DNA from: Sporopachydermia quercuum
Lineage: Eukaryota
Direction of reading: 5' to 3'
Assembly: GCA_001599295.1 (NCBI GenBank)
Contig: BCGN01000009.1
Coordinates: 434,001-498,000 of the forward strand
Length of the DNA stretch: 64,000 bases
The notes under the pieces are model-generated. The model was given only the letters and a program-made list of their open reading frames with translations, was not told where the DNA came from and did not search any database. A program made the translations under genes and the position numbers. Shown in pieces: positions 24,324 to 36,695 of the stretch. Numbering within the stretch: the stretch's first letter is position 1; every line of letters begins with the position of its first letter.

Positions 24324-24878
24324 GGGTGAAGTGTTCTGTATGCTTGGAGTATAAGCTTCTATCATGATGTGATACATNTATGAAGAATATGATTATATAG
24401 GAGATAATATATGTTTTATAATATATGTTTTATGGTTATAATTAACAGGATTTTCTTAGTAAACATTTTTACCTTGTGTTGAAGATCGATAAGTTACCTC
24501 ATTGTTTTTTAGCTGAATAACGGTTAATGCATAATCATGCGGGAGAACATTCTGCTACACAAATGGCCTTTAGAGTTCAGGCTTTCTTCAATTTAGTCTG
24601 CTAATGTGTTGCGGTCTTTTAAGCACAATCTGATGAAGTAAATGTCTCATTGAAAAAGAAAGAAAGTATTCGATAATAATAGCAGAGTTACTATAGAATC
24701 AGGTTACTTAGTATTAATGTTCAATTTATGACATATCAACTCAAATTGCAATGGTTCTTTGGTTCACTCACATTTTACATAGCTGCACATTTCTATCATC
24801 ATCTCCGTCCAATATTATACTCTTAACATGAGGTCTCATTGTAGAATATCTGGTATCACGTGCCTTATTGCTAATCTA

Positions 24879-25085
24879 TCGCGTTTCGCGTTCTATAAAG
24901 TAACTGTTCCTACAAATTCTCAATTCCATAAACAATAAAACTACCAAATTCAAAGCAAACACCACCGTTAAACCTATTTTTTCATTCAATTACTCCTCAG
25001 TAAGCAGCATCAGAAAGAACGTACCTTTTCGACTCAATTCACCAATTCAGACGAACTCTTTTACAGTCATTGCACCAGTACGCGT
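24879..25085 (+). promoter_or_regulatory. MCB/SCB-like G1/S elements upstream of CDC45
   Basis: TCGCGTTTCGCG at 24879-24890 and a perfect ACGCGT at 25080-25085, in otherwise CpG-poor DNA upstream of a replication gene. Confidence 0.6.
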
Positions 25086-25376
25086 CATTCGTTCATTAAT
25101 GAAGCTTGCATTCCACTCAGTCTGTCTGTATCATTATTTTAATTTTTAACAAATTTATGTTTCTTTTAAACCAGAGAAAACGTTCATTGACGTTATTCGA
25201 GTATTCATTCCTTTTTTNAGCTTTTAGTTTATCACAGTCTTGCATATAAGCTCAAAACAATCATCACTAATCAACTCACCATAGCTACATTTTACCGCAC
25301 TATCAACCAGCTAACTACTAATTGATTTGAAAAGAAAGCCAATCATGAACAACCATAAATCTCCTTAGTGAACACA

Positions 25377-27563
25377 ATGTATTTAAATCCTTCTCAATAT
25401 GTCCAAGCATTCAAACAAATACGTGAGATGTCAGAGTCTCATTCTACCTGTAAACTGGTAATATTTGTTTCATGTCTTGATATTGACGCCTTATGTGCTG
25501 CTAAGATATTGGCATCAGTATGTCGATCGGAACTAATTCATTATAGACTGGTTCCTATAGTTGGATACTCGGAGCTCCAAGCAAGATATAAAGAGTTAGA
25601 TGAAGAAGTAGTTAATGTGATACTGCTAGGTTGCGGATCCAGTGTTGATTTGGAACAATTTTTATTAGGTGTTGAAGAACAAGACGATGATAACGATAGT
25701 GATGTCGATGGTTATGATAATGGCACTGGAAATAGGAATAAGAACAAAAGAACAATATATGTTATTGATGGACATAGACCTTGGAATCTACAGAACATAC
25801 TTGGGACAGATAACATAGTNTGTTTTGACGATGGTACTGTTGATGATGAGCTAGAGAAAGAGAAAGAGGCTTACTTCAAGCTACTATCATTATATGAACT
25901 GGAGAACAATTCCGAAGATAGCGATGATAGTAATACTGATGATCAAGAAACTGATCATGATTCAGAATATGATGATGATGATGATGATGACGCAGTATCA
26001 ATTAGAAGAAGGAAAATCAGGCTTGATAGTAATAGCAATGGCTCAGGCACAGATGAAGATAATGATGATGAAAATGGAATAGCATCGCAAGATTCTACAG
26101 CAAGTATCAAAAGAAATAAACACGGCGATTCAACAGTAAATGGCTCAAAATCAAAAGTGAAAAGAAGGAAAGATTTAATCCATAGCTATGAATCCATAAT
26201 CGAACAGTATTATATGTCTGGTTCAACAATCACTACTTCAGTCACAGCTCAAATTTACTCNCTTTTATCGCTTATTGGTCAAACATCAACAAGATATCTA
26301 TGGTTAACAGTAGTAGGAACAACATCACTNGATAGCCAATATCCTTTACTATATCAAAGGCTGTATAAAATCCTACGCGATGAAGTCATCAGATTAACTC
26401 CTGATTATAGAAACGTTAGGTCTTCTGCTGATGATACTTCTTTAGCACTAGAGGAAGACTATTTGCTATTTCTGCATTCGCATTGGAGTTTATACAATTC
26501 TCTTTATTATTCATCATACGTCGGAGCAAAACTTAACTTATGGAGAGAAGAAGGTAGGAAGAAACTACATAAACTATTGGCAAAAATGGGTATCTCCCTT
26601 CAAATCGCTAATGAGCAATGGGTCCATATGGATATAAATGTTAAGAGAAACTTATCTAATAGTTTCAGAAAAGTTATGGCTATTTACGACCTTGATGATA
26701 TTATAAGAGAATGCATTGTTAAGAAGAACGGCTATAGATCAAGCATGTCTGCTTCTGATTGCGTTGAAGCATTATCTGCTTTATTACAAGTTGGTACTGG
26801 TGTTACATTACAAGAAAAATTTGCCCTTGGTTCAAATGATAGTANTAATGGTAATAGTCAACTTACAAACAGTTCTTTGAATGGTGATGATAGTTCAGCA
26901 GAAATCTCTGAAAGGATTAAAGATAAAGAGAAATCGTGGCTGGAAAACTTCTGGGCATCATGGGACGCTCTGGATAAGATTGATTTAATGGCGAGAGGCA
27001 TTACTAATGCTAAGTATTTGCAACAAGCCGTGTTCAGAACAGGCACAGCAATCCTAGAGAAAAACCAGATAAGATACTTGAAAATCTACCGTCTTGCAGT
27101 TCTGAAAGATGGGCCTGACTTAGACGTTTTTAAGAATCCATTAGCATTAGTTCGACTTGGAGTTTGGATTGCTGAAGGATGTGCTGAAGCTGATCAAACC
27201 CCTTTACCATTAGTATTAGCATCATTAGATGTTTCATCAGATACATATCTAGTACTAGGAATGGCCCCCAGGTATCCAAGGTCAATGAAACGGTTTGCAA
27301 CAGAAGAAGGACTAGAGAATATGACAGAAGAANAAGCAAAGAAACTGAAGAAAAACAAGAATATGAATACGAGAAGAAGAGGATTAAATATAGAAGGCGT
27401 TGACTTAGAGGCAGTAAATCAATTTGGGGTGGCGTTTCAACAGGTTGCTAGACAATCAGGATCAAAAGTGAGGATTGATTCGTTTGATAGCACTATAATC
27501 GAGGTTCGAAAGGAAGATCTGCCTACGTTCTTAGAAGGGTTAACGTTAAGTGGATTGATATGA
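25377..27563 (+). CDS. CDC45: DNA replication initiation factor Cdc45, 728 aa
   Basis: KLVIFVSCLDIDALCA, IDGHRPWNL, acidic insert, HWSLYNSL..SSYV.AKL.LW..EG.K.L.KLLAKMGI and N.FG.AFQ..VRIDSFD. Confidence 0.97.
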   Translation: MYLNPSQYVQAFKQIREMSESHSTCKLVIFVSCLDIDALCAAKILASVCRSELIHYRLVPIVGYSELQARYKELDEEVVNVILLGCGSSVDLEQFLLGVEEQDDDNDSDVDGYDNGTGNRNKNKRTIYVIDGHRPWNLQNILGTDNIXCFDDGTVDDELEKEKEAYFKLLSLYELENNSEDSDDSNTDDQETDHDSEYDDDDDDDAVSIRRRKIRLDSNSNGSGTDEDNDDENGIASQDSTASIKRNKHGDSTVNGSKSKVKRRKDLIHSYESIIEQYYMSGSTITTSVTAQIYXLLSLIGQTSTRYLWLTVVGTTSXDSQYPLLYQRLYKILRDEVIRLTPDYRNVRSSADDTSLALEEDYLLFLHSHWSLYNSLYYSSYVGAKLNLWREEGRKKLHKLLAKMGISLQIANEQWVHMDINVKRNLSNSFRKVMAIYDLDDIIRECIVKKNGYRSSMSASDCVEALSALLQVGTGVTLQEKFALGSNDSXNGNSQLTNSSLNGDDSSAEISERIKDKEKSWLENFWASWDALDKIDLMARGITNAKYLQQAVFRTGTAILEKNQIRYLKIYRLAVLKDGPDLDVFKNPLALVRLGVWIAEGCAEADQTPLPLVLASLDVSSDTYLVLGMAPRYPRSMKRFATEEGLENMTEEXAKKLKKNKNMNTRRRGLNIEGVDLEAVNQFGVAFQQVARQSGSKVRIDSFDSTIIEVRKEDLPTFLEGLTLSGLI

Positions 27564-27929
27564 GGAGAGTCAGATGCGAGGAAAAGAATTCTGTATAGTG
27601 GTAAGTTTGATGTATTGATGGTTAATAGCTGAAAATATAATAATAATAATATGTAGTAGTGCTCTAGTGCTCTGTATTATTGTAGGTGAACGGTAAAGAA
27701 ATATACAGAATGACTGAACAGTTTGGTAGTAAGATAACAAAGATGAGAAGTAATACAATGAGAAGAAAGAGTGCAACTGAACATTATACGTTTTCAAGAT
27801 CGCTTCTATAAATCAAAAGCAGAGTTTGAATGGTTGGGTATAAAAATGAAAAAATGTTCTTTNAAATAGAACTTGCAACAGCAACCCAAGCTTGATGGGG
27901 AGGAATACATGCAATTGACTTGTTCTGAT

Positions 27930-27981
27930 CTCTTCTGTTTTGTTTTGTTTCGTTTTGATCTGTTTTGATCTGTTTTGATTT
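27930..27981. repeat. Short tandem repeat of TGTTTTGATC-like units
   Basis: 3 near-perfect 10-bp units plus GTTTT pentamers downstream of CDC45. Confidence 0.7.
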
Positions 27982-30402
27982 CACAGAACAATATTTTCAC
28001 ATAATTTCTTATAATGATGCTTATATCAACTACGATTGCCGCAGTTCTAAGCTTAACAGCAGTTAAAGAAAACTGACAGTGCTTCATGTAATAGCAAGTA
28101 CTCAGACCACTATAAACTAAGACCAAACCCACTAAATATTTTTCTTTTTTTTTAAAGAACTTGTAGTTCAAAACATTAATATTTTAACAAAGCTACAGAC
28201 TTGAATTCATATATATTCAGTCGATTAAATTGTCAAAGAGGTCGTACGTCGTCTCTTGTTTCAGTTAATTGACGGTCTCTTTGGATCGTTCTCTCCCTGG
28301 GTCACTATCTCATTATCTTAGGAGCGTGGTTTTGCTGGATTTCAACATAACTGTTATTTTCCAATTCACAACCAAACCGCTGTGAATATATATAACCTTC
28401 TTTTCTTGGGAGTATTGAACATCATGGCATACTATTATATTGCACTTCTCCCAATGCCAATATGCGGGTAGAAATATTCTGTCTATGGGGAAGTTTGTCC
28501 TTTTCTTCTAACTAATGAGAATGTCTGAATATTTGAAGTGAAATTCTGGATCAACATTAACGAGGTTTTTTATTTGCTCTCAGTCTTCCGAAGATCATTC
28601 GATAGCTATTCGAAAAGCTCAACTGTCATATAGAATGAATGTGGGAAGCATCTCCTTTCATTTCTCTTATAAGTTTGTTTGAACCTGAATAATCATTTCA
28701 TAATGCTTCAAATTTACCAAGTTCGACAGAGCTCTTGATTTAATTTANAAGTACTTACTCTTTCTGATGGTGACATCCATTGTTGAGGTCTGATCTGATT
28801 ATCAATGAATCATGTCTATCTCTCTGAAGTGAACAATTTTCGTCCATCCTAAGGTTAAAGGTATCAAAAGGTGACTTATATTATTAGTAAATAGTTTACA
28901 GCTATTTGGTCACTTGGTAATTTATTGTCTTTCCTTAAACATGCCAGTGGCTATGATTAAGAAGTAATTGGCTTTGGACGTCTTCCAGCTCATTACTTGA
29001 TTAAATAGTCAGGCTTTTATTAAATATAACGAACTGCTTATCTGTCTACTGTCCTTCGTGCTTCCCTACATTTCATCGGCCAAAATTTGTAACCAATCGA
29101 ATAGTTTACTGGTTTGAAGCGACCAAAACCCGGTGCCCAATTTATAGGCCTCAAAATGTACCAATTCGAAACATATCCTACTTACAGTATCAACAGATCA
29201 CCTACTATTACCCCCTACAACATGCTCATCACAACCGCTTTTCAGCTAAGCAACCATCCAATCTCTTAGATTACCATTCTTCCGGAATGCTACTCCTCCC
29301 TATTGTCACCATCAACACATTCTGCACCTGCTGAGACATCATAACCGGAAACCTATTAGAATACTACTAACAACGAAACCGTATCAAAAGAATAGCCTCA
29401 CTCACAGCCTTTCAAATTGTATTCTATCTTTCATTCAACAATTCAATGGGCAGTCAGTNTCATAAATTCATCGGTAACTTAACAGATACTAAATTCAAGG
29501 GCACAGTAACCAAATTAAGTTTCGGGATCTTTTTACTTATTTCGGTAATAAAAATGTCAGCATCATCAATTAGGTTCTAGGGTTAATGTATAATTATGCA
29601 TTGAAGTGAAATATGCATAATCATGCAGGGAACTGGATTATATCCTTGGTCTTCGAAATAGATAAGAGTGAGTGGTGATGATGAAAATCAGTAAAAGTAT
29701 GTAGATAAATGAACGAATATTTTTTACAAAATTGAAGTGATAGTAGATGNGAATGGTTGGCATTGAGACTGCAATTACTTGCTGTCTTTTGTCGCTTTCN
29801 ATAGTAGAGAACTTTGCGGATTCTTCCATAATATTAACCCACGTTCATTATAAGGCAGCACTAGGATTTTCCAATTTAAGGCTAAAAACCCGAGGGCAGG
29901 GCAGGTACCTATGAAGCAAGGCATAAATCATATTGGAACCAGTGAATAATCTGTGCGCATTAAAGAAACCTCATTAAGACACAATCTAAGCGGGTATTTT
30001 CAGTTTGGATGTACTATTATGCATAGTTAAATCTTGCTTGGTGTTATATTGGATTGGGTAGTTGACTCTCTAAAGTGTTGATTTTGATAAGGCAGTAGTA
30101 GTAGAACTGATTAGATGGAGGTGGAGATTATATAAGCGTTAGAAGAAAAAAATATGTTTTGGGTTAAAATATGAGCAATTCTGGTAGATCTTCGGGATTA
30201 AATAGAGGTTTCTGATATCAGTAAAAAATGTATTTAAACAGATCAAACCCCATTTGGTTTATTCTATTCTACATTCCCTTTGATATTTAATTATTCTTTT
30301 TTGTTTAGCAATAATTATTCAACCAGCATCAGCATCAATAATAAGAGCTTAACAACAGTTAGCCGTATTAAAGACTTCTGCAATAATCATCAAATAATCA
30401 AA

Positions 30403-30762
30403 ATGCCTATGGAATATAAGCCAAGAGCTGAAGGATACGAAGTTACTCCTCCTCTCATTGCCTCCACCAACTCTTTCCTTGGTGATATTTTCACTTCCGA
30501 TGCCCCTGAAGACAAGCAAATCTCTTGCGGTTTCTATAAGCAAGAAAAGGGCGACAAGTTGGTCTACACCTACCACTACGATGAAATGAAGATCATCCTT
30601 GAAGTCTCTGGTACTTACACCATCACCGATGAGACTGGTTACAGTGTTGAAGCTAAACCTGGTGATGTTTTCTACTTCAAGAAGGGAACTACTATTACCT
30701 TTGATGCTACTGACTATGGATATGCTTTCTTCTGTGGTTTGAGACCTAACGGAACTGGTTAA
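30403..30762 (+). CDS. Small cupin, EutQ (ethanolamine utilisation)-like, 119 aa
   Basis: ISCGFYKQEKG..LVYTYHYDEMKIILE..ITDETG..VEAKPGDVFYFKKGTTITF matches the EutQ/cupin_3 pattern. Strong codon bias (AAG, TAC, TTC, GGT). ATG is in an AAAA context. Confidence 0.85.
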   Translation: MPMEYKPRAEGYEVTPPLIASTNSFLGDIFTSDAPEDKQISCGFYKQEKGDKLVYTYHYDEMKIILEVSGTYTITDETGYSVEAKPGDVFYFKKGTTITFDATDYGYAFFCGLRPNGTG

Positions 30763-31697
30763 GCAATAAACTGATTTCATTTAGCATTAAAATAGAGAAT
30801 ATTAGTCTTTTGTTTCTAATTGGCTCAATTAATTGTAGGAGTAAATTAAATGGTTAGTGAGCGAATTGGTGTGAAATATTGGTGAAGACATGGATATTGA
30901 AATTTGAGATTAGGTTTTATGTTTAGCTATCAAATGGGGTTCAAGAAGCCTATCTCTGAATTGAGTTCACGCTTTATCTCACTGTCACTGAACTTAAAGC
31001 AAGCGAGATGTAGAGTAGAACTGATAGGATATTGGCAAGAACCGTGATAGAAAAATCTAGAGCTATAGTTGTAATCTCACCGAGCTGCATTGTTGGCTTT
31101 AGGAAATGGTACAATTCACTTTGATAATGGGAAACGGAGAGTTAATTCGGAGTTCAATAAAAGGTATTTTAATTGAAGAAATATCCGAGTTAAAGTTTCA
31201 TATCTCAAAACTCTATAAACCTTTCTAATCCGTAAACTTATTCATTAGAAATTATCAAAAGTAGTCGAAACTATTTCGATTCTGCATTGAATTGAATATT
31301 TTGCTACTGCTATTTCAACATTTGTTTGATTTTGGAGTCTCCAATCCAGTAATTTATTTTCTATATTCTTGACATCCTATGAACGATTAGCCAGCATTCA
31401 TTCTAGCTATCACCAAGGATCACCAGTTCTTATCGTAAATTATCGTTATTCCTTCCTGCATATCATACATATTATGCATATCTCAAAGTGACTTACTCTT
31501 ACCCTATCCATAATTTTGTTACAGGAATCTTATAACTCGTCTACATATCTAATTATCTACAAAATTATTCAAAAAAATTCACCAAAAATCTATCGTCGTT
31601 ATCCGTAAGTCTTTTGTATATCCATTTATCTCTACAATATCTTTTCTACAGATCAACTCACCTCTTTCCCTGCGTATCTTCTTCAGCTACTTGATCT

Positions 31698-34064
31698 TTA
31701 CCTTTCATCGCCAGAATCTTCATTTTCTGCATTCTCGTGTAGTTTCTGCATAAACATCCCAAGATCTTCACGTCCTTTAACCCAGATACTACCTAAATAA
31801 CGAAACCAGGCCCTATCAATGGAATCATATTTGATTGTTGTACCATACAAAGCTTCCGGCGGCTGACCAAACATACTGCTATAAGTACACCATAAATAAC
31901 CTTCACAAGGTCTTANCTTCGTCCATGCTCTTCTAGGTTCAGTGTGGAAATTGAGCTTGGGATCAAATTCTCTTCTTTCTTCTATATCCGGTGGAATGAA
32001 AGCATATTCAATGTTCGTTGGTGCTTTATAGAATTCTTCTAAAAGAGTAACATTCCCCATAAACCTTCGTCTATATCTTGTGCTTCTAACATCCTTTTCC
32101 CAACTGTCTTTCTTGCAAAATGAGAACCCTGAATTGATCCATAATAGCGAATACCTATCCTTATCATGAACGTGTCCAGGTTGGGTTGAACATACTTGTT
32201 TGGCTTTGCGATTTCTATGAACTCTCTCTTCTATCGTGTGATTGGTGATGGTTCCTATAGAAGCTGCTGTGAGCTTATTGATACCATAATTCTCATTTCC
32301 CGCTAGTGCTTGACCTAGAAAGAAATACTCCTTATCGCCCCAGAACATTCCTTCGCTGATACCCCATAATTGCATTTGGAGACCAATCAGCAGCCCGGTG
32401 AAATGAGTTGATCTATCAAGTAAAACTAAGCCTGCTTCGAGGAAATCTCTCATATAGTACTTAAACAGGTCTTGTTCTAATGTCTTATTAGTCACTTGAT
32501 GTATATCAAACAACATATTTTCCAGTTTGCTGGGCAATAAATTTGACAACCATAAATGTTCTCCTCTTGATAAATATGTATCAATAGAACGATCTCTAAA
32601 AAAGAAACCTCCGGTTTTATTATAGCCTGTGATCTGTAATAAATGCTGTGGATTAACTAGTGGTACTGCATCAACGTCTAGTAGAACCATATCTTGGAAA
32701 GAGTTGAAAATAGCAGCCAGCATTTTATTCTTGAATCCACTGAACCTTTCCTTATATTTAGGGGTGATGCTTCTTGATACGTCAACGAACCAAATGTCNT
32801 GAGCTGGGAAATTGCCAAATGATTCTTGATGACGTACTCCTGATAGAATATCAATTGTAGTGTTGAATTGGTCTAAAACTGTATTTGGTGCTGTTTTCAG
32901 CAGACTCTTCACTTGGTTATAAAGAAAATCCTGCCGTTCTGTCTTTTTATAAGGATTTCTTGCTTCTGAGATTAAAATCNCCTGAGCCTCAGGACTCAGC
33001 TCGTTGTTATGGATGATTTGTATAGGTAATGTATTATCAAGAGCTCTTAAGACTCGTAGTAGGGAAACCATTGAATCAAGTAAACCATCAGAAATGGTTA
33101 CGGCTATGCCCTTTCCATTCATTTTCAATTGTAGTGTCGATATATCAAACAATGGTACTTCAGAAGAACTGCCTGTGCTACTATTCTCATCTATCAGAGG
33201 AAACTCATCGTACACTTTCCCATCCCAATGAACGAACTGTGGTTGAACTCCACTGTACCATGGAAACAAATTTCTACCTAACTTTTTTCTTTTACCGCTT
33301 TTAATGCCGAGTACTCCCTCTTTGATATTACCAATAGAATCATCGAGGAAACATTGACCAAACGTCCTTAAAGCAACAACACTTTCAGCAATATGGGTAT
33401 CTACTTTGAACGCTTTTGCCAGTTCTTTCTCATACAGTTCATTTATTTCCTCCTCGGATTTTTCTTCCCGGTCTTCTTGAGATTTCCCTTGATTCTCATA
33501 CTTCAAACTATTTTTGAACCTGCTTGTTTGATGAACAATTGTGTTGTAGTTAGAATCATCAAGCTCAACAGTGAATTTACTATGATAAGAGGTCAAATGG
33601 TCGAAAAATTGTATACAATTATTGGTGTTATCGTTCCCTTTTTCCTCGTTGCTTTCCTTTTTGTTGCTTTCGGCTGTACTCTTGACTAATGCTTCATAGC
33701 TAGCAAAAGGTCCGCTGGATCTACCACTAAAATGAGGCAAAACGTTCCGAAAAGCTATTATCTCTCCATTGACATTAAACGTTGCATTTCCAGCAATATC
33801 GGAATTTTCTGATGTATCAAACAGACTTTTCGTGTAGTGTGTAAGGTATTCAGGTGACAACTTATTCGGCAGTACTAAATAGTTGATGGCAATGATGAAA
33901 GATATTACTAGCGATAGAAACAAGGCTAGAGTGAAAAATCTAGAGCGGCAAAATAGAAGGAAAAGCTTGAAGCCGTTTTTCCGGTTAGAATGTGATTGCG
34001 GAGAAGAAAGAGCTAAAAATTTGCCTATAGGAAAAATAGTTGACATATTGAACAGGAGTCTCAT
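31698..34064 (-). CDS. Alpha-1,3-mannosyltransferase, GT71 (MNN1/MNT family), type II membrane protein
   Basis: N-terminal TM segment, GKGIAVT, LLRVLRALDNTLPIQIIH, NKMLAAIFNSFQDMVLLDVD (DxD), FFRDR, WGDKEYF, CSTQPGH, LLWINSG and C.GYLWC. The exact start codon is uncertain. Confidence 0.92.
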   Translation of the reverse strand: MRLLFNMSTIFPIGKFLALSSPQSHSNRKNGFKLFLLFCRSRFFTLALFLSLVISFIIAINYLVLPNKLSPEYLTHYTKSLFDTSENSDIAGNATFNVNGEIIAFRNVLPHFSGRSSGPFASYEALVKSTAESNKKESNEEKGNDNTNNCIQFFDHLTSYHSKFTVELDDSNYNTIVHQTSRFKNSLKYENQGKSQEDREEKSEEEINELYEKELAKAFKVDTHIAESVVALRTFGQCFLDDSIGNIKEGVLGIKSGKRKKLGRNLFPWYSGVQPQFVHWDGKVYDEFPLIDENSSTGSSSEVPLFDISTLQLKMNGKGIAVTISDGLLDSMVSLLRVLRALDNTLPIQIIHNNELSPEAQXILISEARNPYKKTERQDFLYNQVKSLLKTAPNTVLDQFNTTIDILSGVRHQESFGNFPAXDIWFVDVSRSITPKYKERFSGFKNKMLAAIFNSFQDMVLLDVDAVPLVNPQHLLQITGYNKTGGFFFRDRSIDTYLSRGEHLWLSNLLPSKLENMLFDIHQVTNKTLEQDLFKYYMRDFLEAGLVLLDRSTHFTGLLIGLQMQLWGISEGMFWGDKEYFFLGQALAGNENYGINKLTAASIGTITNHTIEERVHRNRKAKQVCSTQPGHVHDKDRYSLLWINSGFSFCKKDSWEKDVRSTRYRRRFMGNVTLLEEFYKAPTNIEYAFIPPDIEERREFDPKLNFHTEPRRAWTKXRPCEGYLWCTYSSMFGQPPEALYGTTIKYDSIDRAWFRYLGSIWVKGREDLGMFMQKLHENAENEDSGDER

Positions 34065-36695
34065 TGTAAAATATTATGTGTGTGTCATGAATAGGCTATC
34101 AATGCATTAGCAAATGATGCTGACTTCAAAAAATAGCGGAATTTTATGGTTAAACAAAACAGTAGATATCCTTTTAGCATTTGGCCTCTGTACAAATGTT
34201 TGATTCTGTTGTTTTTTTGTTATCCTATTGGTGTGTTCACTGATAATATTGGTTTGTTACTGGACTGGTGGTTAACAATGCAACAATCACAAAGGTTTGG
34301 AGTAAAGACAGGAACTCATTTGAACATTCACACAGGGTTTAAACAGATTTTGAAGATGAGACTAGAAGAAATAAAGGTACCACAACATATAATCAAACGG
34401 TACGCTACTCCTTGTTCAGTTTGGGTCTATTTGATCCTGGAGCGCTGCGTCTATGTTGATCCCGCTTGAAGACTTAGTTGCCAATAACGAGTAGATTCTA
34501 TAATAATGATGCCTGCAGATACAGCTCATCTCAGCAATATTTTCAAACGTTTAATAGAAACAATTAATGATAATTTCTAACTAGAGTAGGTCAAACTGTC
34601 GTAGTAATCGAACTATTTATAAGAAAAGTAATGGTAGCGGAGTGCTATGAAGAAGAAGATTCTGACAGTTGGTGGAAGATCTTAGGGAATAAAGTTAATG
34701 GGCAGTGTCCGTTTCGAGATAAAATTCTGTAGAGTGTATTCCATTGGAGAATAAAGTTTGTGTTTAATTTGGTGGAGTAACCGAAAAATGAGAGTACTGT
34801 GGCTCATACAGGATTTCGAGGATAAATGATCCGGTAAGGAGTGGGTCGTTAGACTAGTAGGAAGAGATTCTGATGTTTCTGAAAACAAAAGTGAAAACTA
34901 AGAAAACTAAAGAGCTAATCTAAAAATGAATATTCTTGTTTGCTGTAAGTGTCATGGACAATGCTCGATTGNGATACAGTTGGTTTGAACAAAAAGGACG
35001 AAGTGGAGAAAATATCCAAGGTTTTACAAGTGAACAGCATTAGTGNAAGCCATAGATTTTTAGTTTACTGTCAAAACAAGGATTATACTGCAGTGAAAGG
35101 AAACCTGTAATCTCAAGAATCGAAGTTGTTGATGATACTTACAGCGCCATTATCGTTAGAATTAGAACGTAATCCTTGGTAATAATTCAATTTACATGAT
35201 CGTCAATTGAGTTTTGATAGAATTTCACGCTTAGAAGCTTCAAGCTTTATTGTTGATTTTGAGCTTAAGGATGAACCACGAATTTCTACTTGATAAGCAA
35301 GGCTTTCGTATCAATCGAAAGACAATACCAGTAACGTTGAAATAGAATTTCCTATTTCAAGCAAAATTATGGTTCTTGAAACTTTTAAGCTCAAACTTAT
35401 TTAAGGTTTAAAAAGTATGCTAAAAATAACTCTAATACTCTTTTGAAACTTCTATATTATGTTACCGGTTCAAACTATGACATTTGAAGTTTATTAGTGT
35501 TATCTTTTCCGGTATCTACCAGTATTCAACAGGATAGTAGAATTCCTGTTCAATACTGGAATCATCTATTTTCCAGATTTTTTGATAGAACTATGTTCGA
35601 TAGATGCATCAGTAAGACATTAATCTTATATTTACAACATGCTGATCGTGTTATTCAATCTCCAACATCCTTTCACGTGATGTTACCACTTCAACTTCTC
35701 CTCAAGTTGTTGTAGGCTATAGATCAGAAGGATGATAATGACATACCCTAAAAAGAACCATCAAAAATCAAATAGCAAGTAGTCCAATGGAATACGACAA
35801 GGCTTGTAGAATGGTGACAAATAGAGAGGATGATTGACACAAATGAACGATAAGTAATAAATTGGAAACAACAGGAGACTTATTTGGAAATTTGGCTACA
35901 TATGCTAAGAAATATTCTACCTTTATAACAATCAGAAATTTGTGAGACAAAATGCCTTGCCAGCAATGAAGAATTGTCAGGTTAGTTTAAGGTTAAGGTT
36001 TCCACTTTTTATTAACCTTATATTTTCATGGGAGAGTTAATTATGTATGAATCTATCCAATATCGGAATAAATACAAATCAGGCTTCTCCACTGGAATCT
36101 CACAGATCAAGTATGAGGCCATGCTCAGGAGATATCTTACGAACAATGTGAGGAATCACAGTATAATTTCAGGGGTAACCTGAATCTTGTGTAATATAAT
36201 AGTATCTTCACTACAAAAAGTAATTACTTTGGAATTCAATAGTGTTTCATGGTTCGTTTCGCTATGGAAATGCAGGCTTTGTGAGCATTGAAAAGTCGCT
36301 ACCACGTGACTTCACATAACATCTCATTCCGTTCAAAGTTTCTTTGCTTAAGCATAAACATATCACCTCTTTTCTGCCTTCCTGAAGCTAACCAAATGCA
36401 ATTGAGGACACACAATTTGGGAACCTCATGTGCCGAACTGAAGTCTACTCTGCACTGAAAATTACTTAGTTTGCTCACTTGTACTGTGTTGAGCCTCAGC
36501 TTTATCTCTGTAACAGCTCAAAGTTTAAAACTCATCTATTACACAAACATCCAATATATACACTACATCTCAACAGGCATTGCATTGCACTTCTGTAGGA
36601 ATCCTTTGCAACCAGCTATTATCTCCCGTCAACACACAGACTACCAATCAGATGGCCCTTTGATTACCCAATGAAAACTTCCCCCAGCCTCCAAA

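Noticed and set aside
35673..36310. TCACGTG sites as point-centromere CDEI
   Set aside because: There is no adjacent very AT-rich CDEII with a CCG-containing CDEIII. They are more likely ordinary bHLH promoter sites.
34146..36600. Short coding-like fragments between the mannosyltransferase and MTC5
   Set aside because: All frames are broken by stops and I recognise no family. A decayed gene cannot be supported without a translated search.
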